Shown in pieces: positions 8,867 through 17,913 of a DNA stretch of 64,000 bases. The position numbers were made by a program, and so were the translations under genes. The number at the start of each line of letters is the position of its first letter. The stretch's first letter is position 1. Source of the DNA: Deltaproteobacteria bacterium (GTDB lineage Bacteria; Myxococcota_A; Polyangia; Polyangiales; Houyiibacteriaceae); the NCBI GenBank assembly GCA_034670305.1, contig JAXMNT010000016.1, positions 32,001-96,000 of the forward strand, read 5' to 3'. The notes under the pieces were generated by a model that saw nothing but the letters and a program-made list of their open reading frames with translations, was not told the origin of the DNA and ran no database searches.

Positions 8867-11800
8867 GTGCTTCGCGTGGAGCTGGTCCCGAGCCCGATCG
8901 CGAGGCGATTGCTCGAACTGCGAGCGCGTCGAGCGGACGGGGAGATCGAGATCGGCGGACGCCGCGTTCGGTTCTCGGAAGGCGGCATCGCGGCGATCAC
9001 ACCCGCGACCGAAGACGGATCCCTGGTCGAGTTTCTCGTCCGCAGTGGCCACCTGACCGCGAAGGACGCGCACCGCTACCTCGGCGACGACGTGCGTGCG
9101 CTCTCGGACAGCGGCATCTCCGATGCGGCGCTCTCCAAAGCGCGGCGCGCGGCGTGGATCGATCGATTGGTCGGCGGCTTGCGCACCATCGATCAGGGCG
9201 CGGCCCCAGGCGCGTTCCGCGCGGTTCCGTCGAAGGTGAGCGGCGCCACCGAGCCATTGGTCCCCCTCCTCCTCGATGCGCTCACTTCGCGGGCGGGCGA
9301 ACACGAGGCGGGCGTCGTCGGCAGTCGGGCGAATGGGTTCCTCCGCTTCTTCGACACCGAGGACTGGTACGAAGAAGCGTTCGCATGGAGCGGGCTCACG
9401 GCGGAAGAAATCGAGCGTCCGCTGGGCGCTCTGTTGGTGCGCAAGCCTGGCTCTGCCGCACGCATCGCCGCCTTGATTCGGGCCGGATGCGCCAACCTGG
9501 TCTCGTCCCCAGACGCGGCTCCGAAACCACCTGGTTCCACGCTTCAGCTGCCCGTCGCCCGCACCTCGCTGGTGCCGCGGGCATCGCTTCCGCCGAACCG
9601 CGCGCCGATGCGTGAACTCGCGCCCGGGGGAAAGGTGGCGATCGAGTCGACGCCTCTGGCGGTGACGCTGCGCCCTCTCGCTTCCGTAAAAACAGAGCTG
9701 ACCGACCCGCTCCTCGCGGTGGAAGCCAAAGTCCGCCAACTCGAGCAGATGGGCGCGCCGGGTCCCGACCGGGCCGGCGCCTGGTCGGAAGCCGCGCAGT
9801 TGTGGGCGGAACGATTCTTCTCGGTCGAAGAAGCGGTTCGGGCGTACCGGGAAGCCGCCGCGGCCGACCCAACCGACGTGGAGGTGCTGCTGGCGTGCGC
9901 GCGGCAGTGCGCCCGCATCGGTGCGCTGGAGCTGGCGCGGGCGTACGCCGCCGCCGCGACCAGCGTGGCGGGACGCGCGCGCAAAGGGGACGCGCAGGCG
10001 CTCGAAGCGCGTTTGGCGCGCCGCGCCAACGATCCCGAAGAAGCGATCCGGCACGCGACCGCCGCGCTGCACGCCGACATCGACCCCGACACCCGTCTGG
10101 CGCTCCTTCCGCTTCACGACGCCGCCTCCGGTGGCAGCGCCCGCGAAGACGGCCTCCGACAGGCCGCCGCAGGGCTCTGGCGCACCCACCCCGACCGCGC
10201 GATCGCGCTCGTCGCGCGGCCCGCACGCGCGGGTTCGATCGATGCGCTCCACGCGTGGTGCGATGGTTTGGCCGCGTCGGGCCGCTCCGAGGCCGCCGTG
10301 GTGCAGCTCGACCGCGCCGCGATGACGACCTCCGCCGTCGACGAGCGGCGCTCCTTGCGCATGCGCGCGGCGGAGCTCGCCGAAGAAGGCGAACGTCCGG
10401 ACCTCGCGTTCGAGTTGCTCACCCGTGCCTACGTCGAAGAGCCGTACCTCGACGTGCTGCGCGAGCCGCTGGTCGCGGACGCGAATGCTGCGGGTTGGCC
10501 CGCCACGGCCGGCGTCTGGCTGGAGCGGATCGCGACGCAGGCCGACCAGGAAGAGCGCGGCATGTGGCTGCTTCGCGCGGCGAGGGCGTTCCGCGATGTG
10601 CCGGGCGGTCGCTCGTGGGCGCTGGAGTTGATGGTGCGCGCGCTCGTCGCGGATCTGCACGACGAAGGACTGGCCGAGCTCCGAGACGCGGCCGAACAGG
10701 CCCGGGATGTGGCCTTCCTCGCCGACGCACTCGAACGCATCGCCGCGCGCCAGGGCAAGGAGATCATCCCGTGTCTCGAAGAACTCGCTGAGGTCTCTGA
10801 GAAGCGCCTGGGCTCTGCCCAACGTGCGCTCTGGGCCTGGACCCAGATCGAACAACTCGACCCTTCTCACGCGCGTGCCCAAGAAGAAGCGGCGCGGCTG
10901 CGCACGAAAGTCCGGGTGAAAGAAGGACTGGTCGCGCTTGCGGAGGAGGACCACGAGCGAGAGAAGTCTCCGACATCCGCCCGCAAACTCGCGGCGCTCC
11001 TTCGGGACCGGCCAGACTCGCGCAGTCGCGCGATCGATCTCTATCAGGTGGCGCTCGTGGACTCCCCGGACGACCCCACGCTGGCTCACGCGCTGGAACG
11101 GCTGCTGCGTCTTCAAGAAGACGACGAGGCCCTCACCGCGCTGCTCCGAGACCGGGCGGAGGACTCCGGCACCACCCGTTCGGAGCGCATTCGCGCCTAC
11201 GCGCACCTCGCCGGCACCCTGTGCCTTGCGGACGATCTCAGCGGCGCCATCGACGCGTGCCGCGGCTGGATCGAACTGACGCCACAGAGCGTCGATGCGG
11301 TCGCACGCATCGAGATGCTCTCGCACTTCGAACCTTCGGCGCGACCGCTTGCGGACGATGCCCGGCTCGCGATGCCGACGGACCGGCGCCACGCCCGCAT
11401 CCAGGCACGCCGCGCCGCCGCCGCGACCAGCGAGAAAGACGCACGCAGCGCCACCCGCACCGCCCTCGACGCAGACAACCACGCCGCGGACGCGTGTTTC
11501 GCGCTGGCCGAGCGGGCCACCGAGCCCGAGTCCATCGATCTGTTGCGGCGTGCGCTCGAAGTCTGCGGGCCCGACGAGCGCCTGCTAGAGGTCGCCTGCG
11601 CGCTGGCCGTCGAACGCGACGCCGAAGCCGAGTTCTGCGCGATCCGTGCGAACGTTCTCCCGCACGACGCGCACCTCGCGATGGCCTGGCTGCACGCAGC
11701 AAAACAACCGGATGCCCAGGTAGAAGCGTTGACCCACGCGGTCGGCGCGCCCCTCGAGACCGCGGGCGGCGCCGAAGAGGGACGCGCGCTCGTCGAGGCC

Positions 11801-14800
11801 ATCCTGACGCTCTCGCAGACCACCAAACGCGTACGTCCCGAAGAGACGGCCGCGTGCCTCATCCAGGCCGCCGACACCGTCGGCGACCCCCGCCTCCTCG
11901 AGCTCGCGGCCGAGACGGCCACATCGGTGCAGACACAGATCACGGTCTCCGAACGGCTCCTGGCTCGTTTGGCCGAAGAACACCGCATCGAGCCGCTCCG
12001 TTCGCTCGCTGCGCTCCATCAAGCGGCGCACGACCCGGCCGCGGAATGCCGCGCCTGGTTGCGTCTGCTGGCCGAGGATCCGGTCGACGCGGAGGCCCTC
12101 ACCCGGCTCGAGACGCTCTACGCGCAGACCGGCCAAACCGACCGGCTGTTGGCCATCCTGGCGCTGCAGCTCGAAGCGGCCGACGACGACCCGCTCGAAC
12201 GGATCCGCGCGCTCCGGGATCTCGCGGCGGTCAGCGCGTCTCGTTTGCAAGACCCTGTGCGCACCGAAGCCTTCCTGGCGCAGATCCGCGAAGAGCACCC
12301 CGACCCGGCAGCGGGCGTGCGCGAAGCGGCCGGCGTGCTCGTCGCGCTTGGCATGCCGGACCGCGCGGTGGAGTGGTTGGTGGCCGAGTCCACCCATGAG
12401 GACGAAGCACATCCGGCGGTGCTCATCGAGCGGGCCGCCACGATCCTGGAGCAAAAGCTCGGACAACCGGAACGCGCACGCGAGGTGGTGCGCGACGCGC
12501 TCGAGGCGGGCCATCGTTCGCCCGAGTTGATGCTGACCTTCGAACGGCTGGCCCTCGAAGCGGGCGTGATCGAAGAAGCGGTCGCCACCTACGACGCACT
12601 GGTCGCGCTGGCCATGGGCCGGCACGGGCGCAGTGGAACGCTCTACCGGAAAGCACGTTGGCTCGAGCGCGCGGGCGAAGCGTCCCTCGCACTGGACGCG
12701 TATGCGGCCTCCTTTCACGCGTACCCCGGCGCGGGTGTCGTCTACGGATCCATCGAGCGACTCGCCGCCGAGACAGAGCGGTGGGAGGTCTGGATCGGCG
12801 CGGCCGGCGAGCTCGCGGACCGGCAGACCAACGCCGAACACCGGGTGGATCTCGAGTTCGCCATCGCAGACGTCATGCACGGCAAACTCGGCGACGCGCA
12901 GCGCACCTTCGACCGGCTCGCGCGTGCCTGGAAGGCGACCGAACGGATCGCGTTCGTCGGACGCCTGCGCCCCCTCGCCCGCGAGCTTCGAGACGCCCAG
13001 GCCGAGGGCGCGGCCGCCGCCATCGCCACGCTGCACGAGGGACTGCGCCGACGCATCGAGATGACCTGGGACGCAGAAGACCAGGTCAAGACCCTCGGCG
13101 TCATCGCGGCGGTCCACGCCGAAGACGAACTCGATCTGGAAGCGGCCCGCGTGGTCGTGGACGAAGAACTCGTCCCGCAGGCGGTGAGCGACGACGACGT
13201 GCCCGTCGATTTGGCCGCCGGCACCCTCGTGACGCTGGCGCACTGGATGAAGGATGCCGGCCGAGACGACGACGCGCTGACCGCGGTCACGACGGCGCTG
13301 GAGATCGTGCCTGGACACGAGGACGCCACCCGGCTGTGGACGGAGCTCGGGGGCGCGGAGTCAGAGGCAGAGGCGGTAGCGGAGGCGGAGGCTGCTGAGG
13401 CTGAGGCTGAGGCTGAGGCTGTCGCTGAGGCTGAGGCTGCTGCTCTCGCTGAGGCTGAGGCTGCTGCTGTCGCTGAGGCCGAGGCTGCTGCTGTCGCTGA
13501 GGCCGAGGCTGCTGCTGTCGCTGAGGCCGAGGCTGCTGCTGTCGCTGAGGCCGAGGCTGCTGCTGTCGCTGAAGCTGAAGCTGCTGCTGTCGCTGAAGCT
13601 GAGGCTGAGGCTGCTGCTGTCGCTGAAGCTGAGGCTGCGGCTGAGGCTGCTGCTGTCGCTGAGGCCGAGGCTGAGGCTGAAGCTGAGGCTGCTGCTGTCG
13701 CTGCCGCCGAGAAGGCCAAAGCCGAAGCCGATGCCGAAGCCGAAGCCAAAGCCGAAGCCGAAGCCGATGCCGATGCCGATGCCGATGCCGATGCCGATGC
13801 CGAAGCCGATGCCGATGCCGACGACGACGCGCGGGCGGAGTCTTCTGGGGATGCGGCGGGATACATGCCCTCGGACGATGCGGCGCTGCATCCGGCCGAA
13901 CTGAAGCAGAGTGTGCGGCCGGAGGAGGCGGGGGATGCGCTCCTGTCGCGGTGGCGTTCGAGCGCCGCGCCGACTGCAGAGGATCCGCAAGAGCGGGCGC
14001 TTCGGGATGCGGCGAACCTGGGCGACCTCGAGGCGGCGGAGACGCTGGGCATGCGCTTGGCCGAGGACGAGGGACGGACGCGTGAGGGCGTGCAGGTGTT
14101 GCTGCGCGTGCTCCGATCCGGACGGATTCGGGTCGCGACCATCGCCGCCCTACACGACGCCGCCACCCGCAGCGGGGCCGAAGCGATCGCCGAAGTCTGC
14201 GCCGATTTGCGTGGCGTGTTCGACCCGGCGGCGCCGGCCGTGGACTGCGGCCGACTCGACCGCTGGCACCTCTTGCTCGACGTTCCGGAGCGCGCACTCG
14301 GCGCACCGACCGCAGTGCAGCGGGCACTCGAGCTGGTGTTCGACGGCGCGATGCCGCTGTTCCGCCACAGCCTCCGAGACCTCGGGGTGCTCGGCACCGA
14401 TCGGGTCACCGCGGTGTCCACCCGTCCCCTCGGTGCGGCGGTGGCGCATGCGGAGACCGTGCTCGGGCTTCAGGTCACCACTTACCACTCCGCGACGGGC
14501 GCCCCGATTCGCTGGGTGGCCTCTCGCCCGCCCGCGCTGATCTTGAACGAGCAGCTCGAGGAGCAGCCGAGAAGCATGGGCTTCCGGGTGGCGCGCGCGT
14601 TCGAGCTCGCGCGGCCGTCCCACGTGCTGCTCGTATCGCGGCCGGTCGACGAAGCACGCACGTTGCTGCGTGCGGTGTGGGCCGCGTTTGGCCCGATGGG
14701 ATCGGACGTCGATCGCGAAGCCGCCGACCTCGCGTCGGACCTTTGGCGTACCATCCCCGCCCGCAGCCAGAACGAGATCCGGACCCAGCTCGAGGAGAGC

Positions 14801-15061
14801 ATGGAACCGTCGATCGAAGAGGCGCTGTCGAACGCACACGCCCGCGCCGCGCGCGCCGGCCTCTTGGCCACCGGCTACGTCGCGGATTCGTTGCGCGCCC
14901 TGCTGCACGACGAACCGACGTTGCGCGAACATGCGTTCGACACCCCCGAGCGGTTCGAGCTCGCGGTGGCCGCGTCCTCGCCGTTGCGGAGCGTCGTCGC
15001 GCTCGCGTTCGAAGACAGCTACCTCGCCGCCCGCGGCCGCATCCGTCACGCGCGTCGATAG
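8867..15061 (+). CDS. Very large helical/TPR-like protein (2064 aa) with internal Ala/Glu/Asp repeat
   Basis: Long ORF with strong GC3 bias and many TPR-like units (e.g. EAVRAYREAAAADPTD, ALEIVPGHEDA). The start codon is uncertain. Confidence 0.8.
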   Translation: MLRVELVPSPIARRLLELRARRADGEIEIGGRRVRFSEGGIAAITPATEDGSLVEFLVRSGHLTAKDAHRYLGDDVRALSDSGISDAALSKARRAAWIDRLVGGLRTIDQGAAPGAFRAVPSKVSGATEPLVPLLLDALTSRAGEHEAGVVGSRANGFLRFFDTEDWYEEAFAWSGLTAEEIERPLGALLVRKPGSAARIAALIRAGCANLVSSPDAAPKPPGSTLQLPVARTSLVPRASLPPNRAPMRELAPGGKVAIESTPLAVTLRPLASVKTELTDPLLAVEAKVRQLEQMGAPGPDRAGAWSEAAQLWAERFFSVEEAVRAYREAAAADPTDVEVLLACARQCARIGALELARAYAAAATSVAGRARKGDAQALEARLARRANDPEEAIRHATAALHADIDPDTRLALLPLHDAASGGSAREDGLRQAAAGLWRTHPDRAIALVARPARAGSIDALHAWCDGLAASGRSEAAVVQLDRAAMTTSAVDERRSLRMRAAELAEEGERPDLAFELLTRAYVEEPYLDVLREPLVADANAAGWPATAGVWLERIATQADQEERGMWLLRAARAFRDVPGGRSWALELMVRALVADLHDEGLAELRDAAEQARDVAFLADALERIAARQGKEIIPCLEELAEVSEKRLGSAQRALWAWTQIEQLDPSHARAQEEAARLRTKVRVKEGLVALAEEDHEREKSPTSARKLAALLRDRPDSRSRAIDLYQVALVDSPDDPTLAHALERLLRLQEDDEALTALLRDRAEDSGTTRSERIRAYAHLAGTLCLADDLSGAIDACRGWIELTPQSVDAVARIEMLSHFEPSARPLADDARLAMPTDRRHARIQARRAAAATSEKDARSATRTALDADNHAADACFALAERATEPESIDLLRRALEVCGPDERLLEVACALAVERDAEAEFCAIRANVLPHDAHLAMAWLHAAKQPDAQVEALTHAVGAPLETAGGAEEGRALVEAILTLSQTTKRVRPEETAACLIQAADTVGDPRLLELAAETATSVQTQITVSERLLARLAEEHRIEPLRSLAALHQAAHDPAAECRAWLRLLAEDPVDAEALTRLETLYAQTGQTDRLLAILALQLEAADDDPLERIRALRDLAAVSASRLQDPVRTEAFLAQIREEHPDPAAGVREAAGVLVALGMPDRAVEWLVAESTHEDEAHPAVLIERAATILEQKLGQPERAREVVRDALEAGHRSPELMLTFERLALEAGVIEEAVATYDALVALAMGRHGRSGTLYRKARWLERAGEASLALDAYAASFHAYPGAGVVYGSIERLAAETERWEVWIGAAGELADRQTNAEHRVDLEFAIADVMHGKLGDAQRTFDRLARAWKATERIAFVGRLRPLARELRDAQAEGAAAAIATLHEGLRRRIEMTWDAEDQVKTLGVIAAVHAEDELDLEAARVVVDEELVPQAVSDDDVPVDLAAGTLVTLAHWMKDAGRDDDALTAVTTALEIVPGHEDATRLWTELGGAESEAEAVAEAEAAEAEAEAEAVAEAEAAALAEAEAAAVAEAEAAAVAEAEAAAVAEAEAAAVAEAEAAAVAEAEAAAVAEAEAEAAAVAEAEAAAEAAAVAEAEAEAEAEAAAVAAAEKAKAEADAEAEAKAEAEADADADADADADAEADADADDDARAESSGDAAGYMPSDDAALHPAELKQSVRPEEAGDALLSRWRSSAAPTAEDPQERALRDAANLGDLEAAETLGMRLAEDEGRTREGVQVLLRVLRSGRIRVATIAALHDAATRSGAEAIAEVCADLRGVFDPAAPAVDCGRLDRWHLLLDVPERALGAPTAVQRALELVFDGAMPLFRHSLRDLGVLGTDRVTAVSTRPLGAAVAHAETVLGLQVTTYHSATGAPIRWVASRPPALILNEQLEEQPRSMGFRVARAFELARPSHVLLVSRPVDEARTLLRAVWAAFGPMGSDVDREAADLASDLWRTIPARSQNEIRTQLEESMEPSIEEALSNAHARAARAGLLATGYVADSLRALLHDEPTLREHAFDTPERFELAVAASSPLRSVVALAFEDSYLAARGRIRHARR
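13362..13826 (+). repeat. Coding tandem repeats (AEAEAAAV)n then (AE/AD)n
   Basis: 24-bp GCTGAGGCCGAGGCTGCTGCTGTC units followed by GCCGAA/GCCGAT hexamers. Confidence 0.9.
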
Positions 15062-15066
15062 GCGCC

Positions 15067-15126
15067 CGCCGAAACAAAGAGGCCCGGCCGCCAAAACAAA
15101 GAGGCCCGGCCGCCAAGAAAAGAGGG
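15067..15126. repeat. 22-bp direct repeat CGCC[G/A]AAACAAAGAGGCCCGGC, about 2.7 copies
   Basis: Seen directly between convergent genes. Confidence 0.85.
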
Positions 15127-15174
15127 CGAAGCCGCATCGCTGCTGCTTCGCCCCATTCCAGGTTCGAACGATCG

Positions 15175-16413
15175 TCAGTGCATCGTGGACGGGGAACGAC
15201 GTCGCGTCCCCGTCACACCCGGCGTGCCCGGCGGGTTCGCGGCGCGCGCACGCTGCCGCTCTTCGATCGGGAACGGGCTGACCCGTCGCGCCGGACCGGC
15301 CATGGCGCGGCGGAACATGCTGTACCGCGCACCCGGATGCCACATCAAGAAGCCGTCCGCGCCGCCTCGTTTGGCGCCGATGATCTGCCGCGCGATGAAC
15401 CGCGGCGAGAACCCTTCGTGTCCGGCGCCACGCGCGAAGGCTTGAAGGTACGGGCGGATGATCGGGCGTGCACCGACGCGCTCGCGCAGCCGGGCGACCC
15501 CGGTCTCGACCAGATATCGGGAACGGTCTTCGCGCTCCGTCTGCCACTCGCGCATCGAGTTGATGTAGAGCATCGGGCAGAAGATCTCGACGTGCTCGAC
15601 CCAGGCTTCGAGGTCCTGGCCGAGTCCGCTTGGGTCGCCTTCGCGGTACGCGCTCAGCCCGAACACGTCGACCGCCAGCGGCACGTGAATCGCTTCGTCG
15701 ATGCGGCGAAGCAGTTCGATCAACAGCTGCGGTCGCGGGGTGCCGTCCTCGGCCGGGTACCGCGCGTAGCGCGTGCCGTCGTCGACGGGAAACCGAACGT
15801 AGTCGAGCTGCACTTCGTCGAAGCCAAGCTGCTCCGCTTCCCGCGCGAGCTCGACGATCATGGTGTGGTTGTCTCGGTCGTAAGGATCGAGCCAGGTGCC
15901 ACCAGTGCCCCAGGACACCCAAGGCTCCTCGCGTCGGCTGTGGAGGATGGCGCGCTCCGGGTGACGGGCCGGCAGCTGCGGGTCCGCGAAACAGACGATG
16001 CGGGCGATGGTGTAGACACCCGCCGCTTTGAGCCCCGCGATCAACGCGGGCGCGTCACCCAAGTAGTTGACCTCTTGGTCCTCGAGGATCTCGATCTGCG
16101 TGTCGTACGTGACGCGTCCGGCGCCGTCTTTCAGATCGATCACCACCGCATCGGTGTGGGTGCGCTCCGTGAGCGTGATGATGTCCTGCAACCCGTGTCG
16201 GCGGACGTAGACGCCTGGCAGGTAGACCCCGGTCGCAGTCTGGCCGCGGGCCGTCACGACATCGAGGTACGGGTCTGCGCGCTGTCGTTGAACCTGGCCC
16301 TCATCCTGCGCCCGAGCGGAGTTGCTGCCGTTCGGCGGTGTGTCCGCACGCATGGGGCTCCCCTCCGCCCACGACGCCACGACCAACACCAAGAAGAGCC
16401 CACGACGCGTCAT
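15175..16413 (-). CDS. Putative glycoside hydrolase (DUF4015-like), exported
   Basis: AVVIDLKD..G, YTIARIVCFADP, WLDPY, GFDEVQLDYVRFP, AVDVFG, GQDLE, PMLY, RPYLQAF; N-terminal signal peptide. Confidence 0.85.
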   Translation of the reverse strand: MTRRGLFLVLVVASWAEGSPMRADTPPNGSNSARAQDEGQVQRQRADPYLDVVTARGQTATGVYLPGVYVRRHGLQDIITLTERTHTDAVVIDLKDGAGRVTYDTQIEILEDQEVNYLGDAPALIAGLKAAGVYTIARIVCFADPQLPARHPERAILHSRREEPWVSWGTGGTWLDPYDRDNHTMIVELAREAEQLGFDEVQLDYVRFPVDDGTRYARYPAEDGTPRPQLLIELLRRIDEAIHVPLAVDVFGLSAYREGDPSGLGQDLEAWVEHVEIFCPMLYINSMREWQTEREDRSRYLVETGVARLRERVGARPIIRPYLQAFARGAGHEGFSPRFIARQIIGAKRGGADGFLMWHPGARYSMFRRAMAGPARRVSPFPIEERQRARAANPPGTPGVTGTRRRSPSTMH

Positions 16414-16484
16414 TCCACCACCCTTTGTTTCTGCCCCCACCTACCCGGCGTGGACGTGTTCCTGGCACCGCGATTCATTCGAAG

Positions 16485-16500
16485 TGTCACAGGTGGGACA
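16485..16500. promoter_or_regulatory. TGTC-N8-GACA palindrome (CRP/MrpC-like site) in an AT-rich divergent intergenic region
   Basis: TGTCACAGGTGGGACA fits the MrpC-type TGTYN8RAC pattern. Confidence 0.45.
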
Positions 16501-16602
16501 TTGTCATTCATCAACCTACATAGGTCACATTTTCTTCACACAACTCGACTCTGCCTCGAACGACAACCCTGCGTTCCTTCAACCACTGCCCCTGGAGCCC
16601 CG

Positions 16603-16959
16603 ATGTCAGACCCTGTTGGACCCCTCTTGATGAGACTCGAACCGACTCCCAGTCCGGCCTCCGCTTCTCGGCCGAGCAGCGACTTTGCGGAGCAGCTGGC
16701 CCGTCCCGAGACCACGCCGGACGAACCCGCCGCCCCTGGCTTTCTGGACATGCTCGGTCGGATGGCCCGCGGTCTGAGCGCGGACGATCGGCGCAGCGCG
16801 CGCGCGATGCACCGGGCCCGGCGCGGCGGTCTGGACCCGTCCCAGCTGCTGGCGCTGCAATCGGACGTCTACCGCTACACCCAGCAGATGGAGCTCACGT
16901 CCAAGGTGGTCGACAAGGCCGCTCAGGCGGTGAAAACGACGCTGCAGTCCCAGCAGTAG
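16603..16959 (+). CDS. Small protein resembling T3SS inner rod (SctI/EscI/HrpB2-like)
   Basis: GGAG RBS before ATG. C-terminus LDPSQLLALQSDVYRYTQQMELTSKVVDKAAQAVKTTLQSQQ matches the rod/needle C-terminal pattern. Confidence 0.65.
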   Translation: MSDPVGPLLMRLEPTPSPASASRPSSDFAEQLARPETTPDEPAAPGFLDMLGRMARGLSADDRRSARAMHRARRGGLDPSQLLALQSDVYRYTQQMELTSKVVDKAAQAVKTTLQSQQ

Positions 16960-16961
16960 CG

Positions 16962-17822
16962 TCAGCGGTCGCACAACGCAGCCCGAACGGCGCCCTCGCA
17001 CTCCGTACGGATCGGGTCGACGGCGCGGGTGAGGATCTGGAGGGCCGCGACGTTGCGCCGCGCGTCCGCCGCGGACTCTTCGGTCACATCCGAGCCGCGT
17101 TCCGCGAGTCGGAGAAGGGCGCGATACGACGCGAGCGCTTCGGACCAGGCGCCACGGCTTCGGGCGAGTTCCGCCCGCAACGCGTGGGCCGCCGCGGAGT
17201 CCGGTTCGCGTTGCACGAGGTGCCGCAAGACCTGCGCCGCGTCCGCGTCTCGATCCAGTTGTCGCAACACGCGCACGTAGACCAGGGACAGCGCTTCGTT
17301 CTCTTGGTGCCGACGCCGCCCGACCTCGACCACCTCGAGCGCGCGGAGCGCCCCACCCTCTCGGGCCAGGTAGACGTTGGCGAGCTCCACGTAGGCCGGC
17401 ACGAACGAGGGATCGACCTGGATCGCCCGCCGGAAGAACGAGACTGCGCTGAGCGGATTGCCCGCCAAGACCAGTGCTTGCCCAGTCCGCTGAAGCCGCT
17501 GCGCCCGGCCGCTGCGACCGCCCGCCATCCCTTCAGCGAGCGTCGACCCCTGGGCCGAGGCCGAGGGACCCCACGATCCCCAAGCGACGAGCCCGGCGAG
17601 CAAGACAACGATCCGCAGTGCTGGCCTCTCCGAACGCAGTGCTGGCCTCCCCAATCGCAGTGCTGGCCTCCCCAATCGCAGTGCTGGCCTCCCCAAACGC
17701 AGTGCTGGCCTCTCCAAACGCAGTGCTGGCCTCTCCAAACGCAGTGCTGCCCTCTCCAAACGCAGCGCGTCCCGGCGAAACCGAGGGGTCGACTCATCGA
17801 AACGCGGGCGAAAGAGAATCAT
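16962..17822 (-). CDS. TPR-repeat exported protein
   Basis: Hydrophobic segment ending ASA|Q, then TPRs (FRRAIQVDPSFVPAYVELA, QREPDSAAAH). The start is uncertain because of the repeat. Confidence 0.75.
   Translation of the reverse strand: MILFRPRFDESTPRFRRDALRLERAALRLERPALRLERPALRLGRPALRLGRPALRLGRPALRSERPALRIVVLLAGLVAWGSWGPSASAQGSTLAEGMAGGRSGRAQRLQRTGQALVLAGNPLSAVSFFRRAIQVDPSFVPAYVELANVYLAREGGALRALEVVEVGRRRHQENEALSLVYVRVLRQLDRDADAAQVLRHLVQREPDSAAAHALRAELARSRGAWSEALASYRALLRLAERGSDVTEESAADARRNVAALQILTRAVDPIRTECEGAVRAALCDR
17614..17760. repeat. 21-bp tandem repeat x7, CGCAGTGCTGGCCTC[T/C]CCAA[A/T]
   Basis: Seven consecutive units encoding (L[E/G]RPALR)n on the minus strand. Confidence 0.95.
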
Positions 17823-17913
17823 GCGGAGGGGTGAAGGCGTTGCGCCGGACAGTCACCCAGTGTAGTCGAGCCCGGGGCGTGGCTCGGCAATTCCACCGCT
17901 CCGCCCAATTCCC

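Noticed and set aside
6896-11482. 1528-aa minus-strand ORF, and similar long ORFs at 37588-40644 and 53156-56656
   Set aside because: Antisense to well-supported genes (sppA/TPR, amidase/clpP, RND); shadow frames.
17614-17760. Possible CRISPR array (also considered for 6762-6926 and 15067-15126)
   Set aside because: Units are directly adjacent with no unique spacers, and no cas genes are present.
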